From IMG/VR virus record IMGVR_UViG_2778261353_000008: 43,754 bases of DNA; one strand, given 5' to 3'. The notes below the pieces were generated by a model, which worked only from the letters and a program-made list of their open reading frames with translations, was not told where the DNA came from and ran no database searches. This document shows positions 8,455-16,702 of this stretch, one piece after another (the first letter of the stretch is position 1; the number at the start of each line of letters is the position of its first letter). The position numbers and the translations under genes were made by a program. Source of the stretch: a virus. Its lineage: Duplodnaviria; Heunggongvirae; Uroviricota; Caudoviricetes.

Positions 8455-9114
8455 TTACCCAAACGTCTCTTCAGGCCACTGACTAGCGATAACTTTCCCC
8501 ACAACGGAACAACTCTCATTGCATGGGATCATTGGGTATTGTGGGTTTAGTGGCTGTAGAAACACCTGACCGCTATCCCTGATCAGTTTCTTGAAGGTAA
8601 ATTCATCACCACCAAGTCTGGCTATGCAGAAATCGCCGGGCTCAACAGCTTGCTCAGGGTCAACCAGAATTAACATCCCGTCAGGAAAACTGGGTTTGGA
8701 ACCTGTTGGTGCGGTCATTGAGTTACCTTCAACCTCAAGCCAGAATGCAGAGTCACTGGCTTTTTTGGTTGTGCTTACCAATCTCTCCGCATCGCCTTTG
8801 GTAAAGGTTCTGAGTTCTGGAGAGAACATCCCAGCCTGAACATGAGAAAATACAGGGTACTCATATTGTTTTTTAACTGGGGCCGATGAGTATTCGCCAA
8901 CAGGTGAAAATGTCCCGTCGTGGTTGAATGATATGTTATCAATACCAAGGTATTTAAACACCAAACCAATATCACTAAGAGATGGATGACGAGATCCGCG
9001 CAACCAGTGTCCAATCCCACCCTGCGTCATACCTAGCTCTTCGGCTAACTTCTCTTGAGTTATGCCGAGCTCTTTCATTCTGGATCTAGCCAGTTCATAC
9101 CATTTCATTTTCAT
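8455..9114 (-). CDS. cI: CI-type prophage repressor (HTH-XRE N-terminus, LexA/S24-like C-terminal domain)
   Basis: ORF 8455..9156 trimmed to Met with AAGGA RBS ([37 protein letters not shown]...); C-terminal [13 protein letters not shown]...[23 protein letters not shown] resembles P22 C2 / lambda CI autocleavage domain; divergent from cro across an operator region. Confidence 0.88.
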   Translation of the reverse strand: MKMKWYELARSRMKELGITQEKLAEELGMTQGGIGHWLRGSRHPSLSDIGLVFKYLGIDNISFNHDGTFSPVGEYSSAPVKKQYEYPVFSHVQAGMFSPELRTFTKGDAERLVSTTKKASDSAFWLEVEGNSMTAPTGSKPSFPDGMLILVDPEQAVEPGDFCIARLGGDEFTFKKLIRDSGQVFLQPLNPQYPMIPCNESCSVVGKVIASQWPEETFG

Positions 9115-9169
9115 GTCCTTATTATTACGCTCTGTACTGGAACCATCCATGCACAATGTGTATTTTTGC

Positions 9170-9198
9170 TTGTATTTGGAAAGTACATATTGTATTTT
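9170..9198 (+). promoter_or_regulatory. Putative pR with operator OR1
   Basis: -35 TTGTAT, 17-nt spacer, -10 TATTTT, GGAGG RBS and cro ATG ~27 nt downstream; operator AGTACATATTGTATT (9182..9196) nearly identical to the OL site. Confidence 0.5.
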
Positions 9199-9224
9199 TT
9201 ATTCGAGGTTACTATGGAGGGCAT

Positions 9225-9440
9225 ATGAGCAACCTACGAAAATATCGAGAGTCACTGAATATCTCTCAAACAACACTTGCTAAGGCAGTTGGATGCACAC
9301 AGGGAGCTATCGGACATTGGGAATCTGGTCGTCGCTTCCCAGACCTTAAAACATGCCGTGCTCTTGTTGCGTGCCTAAATAAGTTAGGCGCAAAAGTAAG
9401 TCTTGATGACGTGTTCCCGCCGGAACACAAAGCCGCTTAA
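9225..9440 (+). CDS. cro: Cro-like repressor (HTH-XRE), 71 aa
   Basis: ORF 9156..9440 trimmed to Met MSNLRKYRESLNISQTTLAKAVGCTQGAIGHWESGRRFPDLKTCRALVACLN... preceded by GGAGG; divergent from cI. Confidence 0.8.
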   Translation: MSNLRKYRESLNISQTTLAKAVGCTQGAIGHWESGRRFPDLKTCRALVACLNKLGAKVSLDDVFPPEHKAA

Positions 9441-9451
9441 TAAGCGGAGCC

Positions 9452-9497
9452 GCTCTTTGTAACAACGGACATTCGTCCTACGTCGCTGAAAAGCGAG
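9452..9497 (+). promoter_or_regulatory. Putative nutR (boxA CGCTCTTTG, boxB-like hairpin TCGCTGAAAAGCGA)
   Basis: Located between cro and cII; boxA matches the CGCTCTT(T)A consensus; boxB loop GAAAA as in lambda. Confidence 0.5.
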
Positions 9498-9581
9498 TCC
9501 CAAGATATCTGACCAACTAAGGCCATATGCGTTTCCACGCATACCTTTCAACTAACTATTCACTATTGGAAATCTTAAGAA

Positions 9582-9878
9582 ATGGAAAGAACAAGTTACA
9601 GCAAACTATCACAACGTGACGTTGATCGCGCAGAAACAGATTTACTTATCAATCTGTCAACTATTACCCAGCGCGGTCTGGCAAAGATGATTGGCTGTCA
9701 TGAATCGAAGATAAGCAGAACGGACTGGCGGTTTATTGCTTCGGTCTTGTGTGCTTTCGGAATGGCATCAGACATCAGTCCAATTAGCAGGGCTTTTAAG
9801 TATGCGCTTGATGGAATCACAAAAAAAAAATCCCCGGTGGCCGCCGGGGACTCTAAGCAAATTGATATGCAATTCTGA
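9582..9878 (+). CDS. cII: CII-like transcriptional activator
   Basis: 98 aa; HTH region (GLAKMIGCHESKISRTDWRF) and C-terminus KKKSPVAAGDSKQIDMQF parallel lambda CII (KKRPAATERSEQIQMEF). Confidence 0.75.
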   Translation: MERTSYSKLSQRDVDRAETDLLINLSTITQRGLAKMIGCHESKISRTDWRFIASVLCAFGMASDISPISRAFKYALDGITKKKSPVAAGDSKQIDMQF

Positions 9879-9910
9879 GGGAATTACTGGATCAATCCAC
9901 AGGAGTCATT

Positions 9911-10810
9911 ATGACAAATACAGCAAAAATACTCAACTTCGGCAGAGGTAACTTTTCCGGACAGGAGCGTAATGTGGCAGATCTCGATGATGGTTACGCC
10001 AGACTATCAAATATGCTGCTTGAGGCTTATTCGGGCGCAGATCTGACCAAGCGACAGTTTAAAGTGCTGCTTGCCATTCTGCGTAAAACCTATGGGTGGA
10101 ATAAACCAATGGACAGAATCACCGATTCTCAACTTAGCGAGATTACAAAGTTACCTGTCAAACGGTGCAATGAAGCCAAGTTAGAACTCGTCAGAATGAA
10201 TATTATCAAGCAGCAAGGCGGCATGTTTGGACCAAATAAAAACATCTCAGAATGGTGTATCCCTCAAAACGAGGGAAAATCCCCTAAAACGAGGGATAAA
10301 ACATCCCTCAAATTGGGGGATTGCTATCCCTCAAAACAGGGGGACACAAAAGACACTATTACAAAAGAAAAAAGAAAAGATTATTCGTCCGAGAATTCTG
10401 GCAAATCCTCTGACCAGCCAGAAAACGATCTTTCTGTGGTTAAACCGGATGCTGCAATTCAGAGCGGCAGCAAGTGGGGAACAGCAGAAGACCTGACCGC
10501 CGCAGAGTGGATGTTTGACATGGTGAAGACCATCGCGCCATCAGCCAGAAAACCGAATTTTGCTGGGTGGGCTAACGATATCCGCCTGATGCGTGAACGT
10601 GACGGACGTAACCACCGCGATATGTGTGTGCTTTTCCGCTGGGCCTGCCAGGACAACTTCTGGTCCGGTAACGTGCTGAGCCCGGCCAAACTCCGCGATA
10701 AGTGGACCCAACTCGAAATCAACCGTAACAAGCAACAGGCAGTCGTGACAGCCAGCAAACCAAAACTCGACCTGACAAACACAGACTGGATTTACGGGGT
10801 GGATCTATGA
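9911..10810 (+). CDS. O: Replication initiator O
   Basis: 299 aa, near-identical to lambda O (MTNTAKILNFGRGNF.GQERNVADLDDGYARLSNMLLEAYSGADLTKRQFKVLLAILRKTYGWNKPMDRITDSQL...). Confidence 0.97.
   Translation: MTNTAKILNFGRGNFSGQERNVADLDDGYARLSNMLLEAYSGADLTKRQFKVLLAILRKTYGWNKPMDRITDSQLSEITKLPVKRCNEAKLELVRMNIIKQQGGMFGPNKNISEWCIPQNEGKSPKTRDKTSLKLGDCYPSKQGDTKDTITKEKRKDYSSENSGKSSDQPENDLSVVKPDAAIQSGSKWGTAEDLTAAEWMFDMVKTIAPSARKPNFAGWANDIRLMRERDGRNHRDMCVLFRWACQDNFWSGNVLSPAKLRDKWTQLEINRNKQQAVVTASKPKLDLTNTDWIYGVDL
10258..10385 (+). repeat. ori-lambda: four iterons (TCCCTCAAAACGAGGGA-type) plus adjacent A/T-rich region, inside O
   Basis: Direct reading: ccctcaaaacgaggga / tcccctaaaacgaggga / tccctcaaattggggga / tccctcaaaacaggggga followed by aaaagaaaaaagaaaaga. 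Confidence 0.85.
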
Positions 10811-11508
10811 AAAACATCGCCGCACAGATGGTTAACTTTGACCGTGAGCAGATGCGTCGGATCGCCAACAACATGCCGGAACAGTACGACGAAAAGCCAC
10901 AGGTACAGCAGGTAGCGCAGATCATCAACGGTGTGTTCAGCCAGTTACTGGCAACTTTCCCGGCGAGTCTGGCTAACCGTGACCAGAACGAACTGAACGA
11001 AATCCGCCGCCAGTGGGTTCTGGCTTTCCGGGAAAACGGGATCACCACAATGGAACAGGTTAACGCAGGAATGCGCGTAGCCCGTCGGCAGAATCGACCA
11101 TTTCTGCCATCACCCGGGCAGTTTGTTGCATGGTGCCGGGAAGAAGCATCCGTTATCGCCGGACTGCCAAACGTCAGCGAGCTGGTTGATATGGTTTACG
11201 AGTATTGCCGGAAGCGAGGCCTGTATCCGGATGCGGAGTCTTATCCGTGGAAATCAAACGCGCACTACTGGCTGGTTACCAACCTGTATCAGAACATGCG
11301 GGCCAATGCGCTTACTGATGCGGAATTACGGCGCAAGGCTGCCGATGAACTGACCTGTATGACAGCGCGAATTAACCGTGGTGAGACGATACCTGAACCA
11401 GTAAAACAACTTCCTGTTATGGGCGGTAGACCTCTAAATCGTGCACAGGCTCTGGCGAAGATCGCAGAAATTAAAGCTAAGTTCGGACTGAAAGGAGCAA
11501 GTGTATGA
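10807..11508 (+). CDS. P: Replication protein P (DnaB helicase loader)
   Basis: 233 aa matching lambda P (MKNIAAQMVNFDREQMRRIANNMPEQYDEKPQVQQVAQIINGVFSQLLATFPASLANRDQNE...). Confidence 0.96.
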   Translation: MKNIAAQMVNFDREQMRRIANNMPEQYDEKPQVQQVAQIINGVFSQLLATFPASLANRDQNELNEIRRQWVLAFRENGITTMEQVNAGMRVARRQNRPFLPSPGQFVAWCREEASVIAGLPNVSELVDMVYEYCRKRGLYPDAESYPWKSNAHYWLVTNLYQNMRANALTDAELRRKAADELTCMTARINRGETIPEPVKQLPVMGGRPLNRAQALAKIAEIKAKFGLKGASV

Positions 11509-11795
11509 CGGGCAAAGAGGCAATTATTCATTACCTGGGGACGCATAATAGCTTCTGTGCGCCGGACGTTGCCGCGCTAACAGGCGCAACAGTAACCAGC
11601 ATAAATCAGGCCGCGGCTAAAATGGCACGGGCAGGTCTTCTGGTTATCGAAGGTAAGGTCTGGCGAACGGTGTATTACCGGTTTGCTACCAGGGAAGAAC
11701 GGGAAGGAAAGATGAGCACGAACCTGATTTTTAAGGAGTGTCGCCAGAGTGCCGCGATGAAACGGGTATTGGCGGTATATGGAGTTAAAAGATGA
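11505..11795 (+). CDS. ren: Ren (Rex exclusion-resistance protein)
   Basis: 96 aa matching lambda Ren (MTGKEAIIHYLGTHNSFCAPDVAALTGATVTSINQAAAKMARAGLLVIEGKVWRTVYYRFATREEREGKMST...). Confidence 0.93.
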   Translation: MTGKEAIIHYLGTHNSFCAPDVAALTGATVTSINQAAAKMARAGLLVIEGKVWRTVYYRFATREEREGKMSTNLIFKECRQSAAMKRVLAVYGVKR

Positions 11796-11820
11796 CCATC
11801 TACATTACTGAGCTAATAAC

Positions 11821-11853
11821 AGGCCTGCTGGTAATCGCAGGCCTTTTTATTTG
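11821..11853 (+). terminator. tR2-like rho-independent terminator between ren and ninB
   Basis: AGGCCTGC / GCAGGCCT stem, 8-nt loop, then TTTTTATTTG. Confidence 0.7.
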
Positions 11854-11868
11854 GGGGAGAGGGAAGTC

Positions 11869-12309
11869 ATGAAAAAACTAACCTTTGAAATTCGATCTCC
11901 AGCACATCAGCAAAACGCTATTCACGCAGTACAGCAAATCCTTCCAGACCCAACCAAACCAATCGTAGTAACCATTCAGGAACGCAACCGCAGCTTAGAC
12001 CAAAACAGGAAGCTATGGGCCTGCTTAGGTGACGTCTCTCGTCAGGTTGAATGGCATGGTCGCTGGCTGGATGCAGAAAGCTGGAAGTGTGTGTTTACCG
12101 CAGCATTAAAGCAGCAGGATGTTGTTCCTAACCTTGCCGGGAATGGCTTTGTGGTAATAGGCCAGTCAACCAGCAGGATGCGTGTAGGCGAATTTGCGGA
12201 GCTATTAGAGCTTATACAGGCATTCGGTACAGAGCGTGGCGTTAAGTGGTCAGACGAAGCGAGACTGGCTCTGGAGTGGAAAGCGAGATGGGGAGATCGG
12301 GCTGCATGA
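11869..12309 (+). CDS. ninB: NinB (Orf recombination mediator)
   Basis: ORF 11851..12309 trimmed to MKKLTFEIRSPAHQQNAIHAVQQILPDPTKPIVVTIQERNRSLDQNRKLWACLGD..., matching lambda NinB. Confidence 0.93.
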   Translation: MKKLTFEIRSPAHQQNAIHAVQQILPDPTKPIVVTIQERNRSLDQNRKLWACLGDVSRQVEWHGRWLDAESWKCVFTAALKQQDVVPNLAGNGFVVIGQSTSRMRVGEFAELLELIQAFGTERGVKWSDEARLALEWKARWGDRAA

Positions 12310-12833
12310 CTATCAAATCAAATACGCCAGCACACGACAAGGACTGCTGGCAAACGCCGCTTTGGCTTTTTGATGCACTGGATATTGAGTTTGGATTCTG
12401 GCTGGATTCGGCAGCGAGCGACAAAAATGCTCTGTGTGCTCACTGGCTAACTGAGGCCGACGACGCGCTCAATTCTGAGTGGGTAAGCCACGGTGCAATC
12501 TGGAATAACCCACCGTACAGCAATATCAGGCCGTGGGTGGAAAAAGCTGCTGAGCAGTGCATACAACAGCGACAGACGGTAGTTATGCTTGTGCCAGAGG
12601 ATATGTCAGTCGGATGGTTCAGCAAGGCTCTGGAGAGTGTCGACGAAGTTCGCATTATCACTGATGGACGGATTAATTTTATCGAACCATCGACAGGGCT
12701 GGAGAAGAAGGGAAACAGCAAAGGCTCCATGCTGCTGATTTGGCGACCGTTCATCAGTCCTCGACGGATGTTTACTACCGTATCCAAAGCGGCATTGATG
12801 GCGATCGGGCAGGGCGTCAGGAGGGCGGCATGA
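12306..12833 (+). CDS. Phage DNA N6-adenine methyltransferase (Dam family), copy 2
   Basis: ORF 12246..12833 trimmed to [25 protein letters not shown]...; NPPYS motif and [11 protein letters not shown]; start overlaps ninB stop (ATGA); occupies the lambda ninC/ninD slot. Confidence 0.8.
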   Translation: MTIKSNTPAHDKDCWQTPLWLFDALDIEFGFWLDSAASDKNALCAHWLTEADDALNSEWVSHGAIWNNPPYSNIRPWVEKAAEQCIQQRQTVVMLVPEDMSVGWFSKALESVDEVRIITDGRINFIEPSTGLEKKGNSKGSMLLIWRPFISPRRMFTTVSKAALMAIGQGVRRAA

Positions 12834-13006
12834 GGCGACAGCGACGAAGTTTCACCGACATCATCTGCGAAAACTGCAAATACCTTCCAACGAAACGCTC
12901 CAGAAATAAACGCAAGCCAATCCCAAAAGAATCTGACGTAAAAACCTTCAATTACACAGCTCACCTGTGGGATATCCGGTGGCTAAGATATCGTGCGAGG
13001 AAATGA
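12830..13006 (+). CDS. ninE: NinE
   Basis: Internal Met of ORF 12740..13006: [58 protein letters not shown], matching lambda NinE; ATGA overlap with upstream gene. Confidence 0.85.
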   Translation: MRRQRRSFTDIICENCKYLPTKRSRNKRKPIPKESDVKTFNYTAHLWDIRWLRYRARK

Positions 13007-13350
13007 CAATGGATTATTCACAGTTAAGTGATTTTGAAATTAACAGAATGGTAGGAGACATAATTTTTAAAGGCCTTTGGGCAAGTAAACCGGAAACATC
13101 AGGGAATAACACCAACAAATGGTATTACGGAAATGCTGATACAACTTTTGAGCCATTAAATCATTTGCCTGACTACTGCAATGATCCGAGCGCTTCATGG
13201 CCGATTATTGAGAAATACAGGATTTCTATCTTAGACCAGTTAACTGAATGGTGTGTGGATGCAAAAGGCGTAAGCCCAATATTTGATACCAGACCTCTCC
13301 GCGCCGCCATGATTGTCTTTCTCCTGATGCAGGAGGCCAATAATGCTTAG
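13003..13350 (+). CDS. Hypothetical nin-region protein (115 aa)
   Basis: Internal Met of ORF 12967..13350 ([26 protein letters not shown]...); ATGA overlap with ninE; family not recognised with confidence. Confidence 0.55.
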   Translation: MTMDYSQLSDFEINRMVGDIIFKGLWASKPETSGNNTNKWYYGNADTTFEPLNHLPDYCNDPSASWPIIEKYRISILDQLTEWCVDAKGVSPIFDTRPLRAAMIVFLLMQEANNA

Positions 13351-13537
13351 CCCATCTCAATCCCTTCAATACCTGAAAGGAAGCATAGAGCGGGCTTCAA
13401 TGTGCACAGAGTGGATTCTATCTAGGTTTAGCGCATACAGAAGATTGCCGGTAAAGGGCATGCCAAGCAAGTCGATGCTGCATATGCAAAAGAATGCGCG
13501 CTGGAAGGTATGGCGAGAACACAGGTTATCTGGCTGA
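13343..13537 (+). CDS. NinF-like small protein (N-terminus matches lambda NinF, remainder divergent)
   Basis: First 10 residues [10 protein letters not shown] equal lambda NinF; downstream sequence lacks the Cys pairs I recall in lambda NinF. Confidence 0.45.
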   Translation: MLSPSQSLQYLKGSIERASMCTEWILSRFSAYRRLPVKGMPSKSMLHMQKNARWKVWREHRLSG

Positions 13538-13556
13538 AAGAGGGGGTTATTAAGGC

Positions 13557-13919
13557 GTGAATACCTACAGCATCACATTACCCTGGCCTCCGAGCAATAA
13601 TCGCTATTACCGCCATAATCGCGGGCGCACGCACGTCAGCGCAGAGGGGCAGGCATACCGCGATAACGTCGCCCGAATCATTAAAAACGCAATGCTGGAT
13701 ATCGGCCTGACTATGCCTGTGAAAATCCGCATTGAGTGCCACATGCCGGATCGCCGTCGCCGTGACCTGGATAATCTGCAAAAAGCCGCTTTTGACGCAC
13801 TCACTAAAGCAGGTTTCTGGCTGGATGATGCTCAGGTCGTTGATTACCGCGTTGTGAAGATGCCTGTTACCAAAGGTGGGAGGCTGGAACTGACCATCAC
13901 CGAAATGGGGAATGAATGA
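13557..13919 (+). CDS. rusA: RusA-family Holliday junction resolvase
   Basis: 120 aa, GTG start; RusA-like sequence ([31 protein letters not shown]...[18 protein letters not shown]...[12 protein letters not shown]); occupies the slot of lambda ninG. Confidence 0.85.
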   Translation: MNTYSITLPWPPSNNRYYRHNRGRTHVSAEGQAYRDNVARIIKNAMLDIGLTMPVKIRIECHMPDRRRRDLDNLQKAAFDALTKAGFWLDDAQVVDYRVVKMPVTKGGRLELTITEMGNE

Positions 13920-14056
13920 TGTTTGAGTTTAATATGGCAGAACTTCTTCGCCACCGCTGGGGGCGTCTGCGCTTATATCGTTTCCCCGGTTCTGTTTTGA
14001 CCGATTACCGAATACTGAAGAATTACGCCAAAACACTGACAGGAGCAGGAGTATGA
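13916..14056 (+). CDS. YlcG-like 46-aa protein
   Basis: Hand-translated [46 protein letters not shown]; start overlaps rusA stop; same size and rusA-to-Q position as DLP12 ylcG. Confidence 0.45.
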   Translation: MMFEFNMAELLRHRWGRLRLYRFPGSVLTDYRILKNYAKTLTGAGV

Positions 14057-14141
14057 AGTCAGAGATAACAATCAACTAATACTGTTTTGTTGATTTTTGC
14101 TTGTAATTGGCGTTCTGGTCTGAGTTTTGTGGAGTAAGTTG

Positions 14142-14519
14142 ATGCGTGATATTCAGATGGTTCTTGAGCGTTGGGGAGCGTGGGCGGCTAATAATCATGA
14201 AGATGTGACCTGGTCGTCCATTGCCGCCGGTTTTAAGGGATTAATTCCTTCAAAAGTAAAATCTCGCCCACAATGTTGTGACGATGACGCGATGATCATT
14301 TGCGGGTGCATGGCCCGTCTGAAAAAGAACAACAGCGATTTGCATGATTTATTGGTGGACTATTATGTCGGCGGCATGACTTTTATGGCGCTTGCACGTA
14401 AGCATGGGCGATCTGATTGTTGGGTTGGCAGGATGCTTCAGAAAGCTGAGGGCGTAGTGGAGGGTATGCTGATGGTGTTGGATCTCCGATTGGAGATGGA
14501 TGCTGATTGTTCGAAATAA
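14142..14519 (+). CDS. Q: Late-gene antiterminator Q (non-lambda Q family, DLP12/phage-21-like size)
   Basis: ORF 14127..14519 trimmed to ATG after GGAG RBS ([31 protein letters not shown]...); 125 aa; positioned just upstream of a terminator and the lysis region. Confidence 0.75.
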   Translation: MRDIQMVLERWGAWAANNHEDVTWSSIAAGFKGLIPSKVKSRPQCCDDDAMIICGCMARLKKNNSDLHDLLVDYYVGGMTFMALARKHGRSDCWVGRMLQKAEGVVEGMLMVLDLRLEMDADCSK

Positions 14520-14619
14520 TTAAAGGAAAAGTTGCTGTCTGATTGTCATTAGTCTAACATTTTAAATGTTGGAATCGCAACGTAGTTATTATCATATAAC
14601 AGCTTGTTTCCTGATTTAG

Positions 14620-14648
14620 CCAGCCTCCCCAAAGGCTGGTCTTTTTCT
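14620..14648 (+). terminator. tR'-like rho-independent terminator downstream of Q
   Basis: CCAGCCT / AGGCTGG stem with CCCCAA loop followed by TCTTTTTCT. Confidence 0.6.
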
Positions 14649-14674
14649 AATAAGTATTATTTCGGGTAGGGATT

Positions 14675-15199
14675 TTATTGTTTAACCCATAATAATTCAT
14701 TGACATTGAATCCCAACTTTTGAGCGGTTCGCACATAGTCTGCTTTTACTTTATCTGGAATAGTTGGGGTCCTTGCCAGAATCCATAGGTATTCTCTGTT
14801 CGGACCACTGACAAGAGCATACTTATACTCATCATCCAGTTTGATTACATTATAGCCACCATAGAAGGGGCCAAAAAACGAAACCTTCAATGCTGCAGTT
14901 TTAGTATCTCCAGTAAAGTATGCTTTACCTTCGCTCTCGCTCCATTTATTTTTCGTTGGATCGTATCCACGGTTAAGTACACGAATCCCTCCGTCGTTCC
15001 GTTTTCCATAAGTAGCGCTGACCTGTTCCAGACCACGTTCGAACCGGTTCTCGAGGCGAGCTATTTCATACCATTTTCCGAGGTAGCGGTTGGCGTCAAA
15101 ATTTGTAATCGGCTGCACACCTTTAGGTGGTGTCGGGGCCTTACATGCTATAAGAGTGAAAGAGAGTGCAATGCCAGTCAACACAGGCCATAACTTCAT
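14675..15199 (-). CDS. blc: Blc-like bacterial lipocalin (outer-membrane lipoprotein)
   Basis: 174 aa; lipoprotein signal with lipobox LIAC; strong similarity to E. coli Blc as I recall it (NFDANRYLGKWYEIARLENRFERGLEQVSATY...YFTG...AALKVSFFGPFYGGYNVI...YLWILARTP). Confidence 0.85.
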   Translation of the reverse strand: MKLWPVLTGIALSFTLIACKAPTPPKGVQPITNFDANRYLGKWYEIARLENRFERGLEQVSATYGKRNDGGIRVLNRGYDPTKNKWSESEGKAYFTGDTKTAALKVSFFGPFYGGYNVIKLDDEYKYALVSGPNREYLWILARTPTIPDKVKADYVRTAQKLGFNVNELLWVKQ

Positions 15200-15391
15200 A
15201 ATAAATCCTGTACTTTTGATAGTTGAGAGTAAGTATGAAAGATAGATGATTACGACCGATCACTTAAAGAACTTTCATACTATATTAGGAATAGTCCATA
15301 ACAGAAAAATTGTCAGTGATGACGCCAGAAAGGCAATTTATTCCGTGCACTACACAGTTTATGTGTTAATGAATTAGTCAAGGGGGAGAAT

Positions 15392-16351
15392 ATGATAAAA
15401 AAACCTGTGATTGGAATCAGCGGTTGTTTGGCCGGTTCTGCTGTTCGTTTTGATGGTGGTCACAAAAGAGCTGACTTTTTAATGGACAAATTAGTGGAAT
15501 GGGTAACATTCAGACCAGTATGTCCGGAAATGGCTATAGGGCTGCCAGTTCCGCGTCCTGCTCTACGTCTTGTGCGCTCGATGCAAGGAAATATACGGAT
15601 GTGTTTCAGCCACGACCAGAATGAGGATGTGACAGAGAGAATGACAGAGTTTAGTCGTTCTTATATGGACAAATTAAAGGATGTATCGGGGTTTGTGGTT
15701 TGTGCTAAATCTCCCAGCTGTGGCATGGAGCGCGTGCGTGTCTATGATGAAAATGGTAATCGAGGTCGTAAAGATGGAGTGGGACTATTTACGAGCACTT
15801 TGATGGAAAAGTTTTCCTGGCTACCGGTTGAAGAGGATGGGCGATTACATGATCCAGTGCTTCGTGAGAATTTTGTTGAAAGAGTTTTTGCTTTGCATGA
15901 GCTCAATCACCTTTACAAGGAGAAATTATCAAGAAGAGAGTTATTAGCTTTTCATAGTCGTTATAAGCTTCAGTTGTTGGCGCATAGTCAGGCAGGCTAT
16001 AAAGATATGGGACCATTTGTGGCTGCAATACACGAGTGGGCGGACCTTGAATCATACTTTGAGGTGTATCGTGATAAGCTGATGGCGATTCTCAGAAAAC
16101 CTGCATCACGTAAAAATCACACGAATGTGCTGATGCATATACAGGGGTATTTTAGTAACTACTTAAGTACACGCCAGCGTAAAGAGTTGAGCGAGGTTAT
16201 ACTTAACTATCGTTCTGGCACATTACCTCTTCTTGCGCCGTTGACTCTGCTGAAGCATTATCTGGGTGAGTATCCTAATGATTACTTGCTTACACAGAAT
16301 TACTTCGATCCCTATCCGGACGAACTGGCTCTAAGACTGATGGTAAATTAA
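15392..16351 (+). CDS. DUF523/DUF1722 fusion protein (TudS-like N-terminal domain, YbgA-like C-terminal domain)
   Basis: 319 aa; N-terminal Cys in IGISGCLAG, PVCPE, AKSPSCGME consistent with Fe-S-binding DUF523/TudS-type proteins; C-terminal half YbgA-like; assignment from motif memory. Confidence 0.6.
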   Translation: MIKKPVIGISGCLAGSAVRFDGGHKRADFLMDKLVEWVTFRPVCPEMAIGLPVPRPALRLVRSMQGNIRMCFSHDQNEDVTERMTEFSRSYMDKLKDVSGFVVCAKSPSCGMERVRVYDENGNRGRKDGVGLFTSTLMEKFSWLPVEEDGRLHDPVLRENFVERVFALHELNHLYKEKLSRRELLAFHSRYKLQLLAHSQAGYKDMGPFVAAIHEWADLESYFEVYRDKLMAILRKPASRKNHTNVLMHIQGYFSNYLSTRQRKELSEVILNYRSGTLPLLAPLTLLKHYLGEYPNDYLLTQNYFDPYPDELALRLMVN

Positions 16352-16702
16352 TTGTATGCGATATCATCCAAAAGGATGAGTTCCTGCATGCAGGATATTT
16401 ACAATCGTAAAAACTACACTATGATACCCAGAGTGTCAGTTTGTATAAAAACTCTGTTTACGCTGAAGAAACAATTGAGATGCAACTTAAAGTTGGTAAA
16501 CATGCCAGTCAAAATATATAATATTATGATTCCACGCAGCTATATATAATATAACAGATTGGTTTAATAATTTGTCTTTGTGAGTTAAATACATAATTTT
16601 ATACTTGTGATGCAATGAAATTTTCCTTATTGTTGAACTGGCGAATATTGATTTTCCACCTATACTTACCTGGTGTAACCCCAATGATATCAGGTGGATA
16701 AT

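Noticed and set aside
8591-9020. ORFs of 82 aa (+) and 81 aa (-) inside cI
   Set aside because: Alternative frames of the repressor gene; the cI frame is strongly supported by HTH and S24 motifs.
16352-16549. 65-aa ORF immediately after the DUF523/DUF1722 gene
   Set aside because: Sits in an extremely AT-rich intergenic region where stop-free frames arise by chance; no RBS; more likely promoter or regulatory DNA for the AraC gene.
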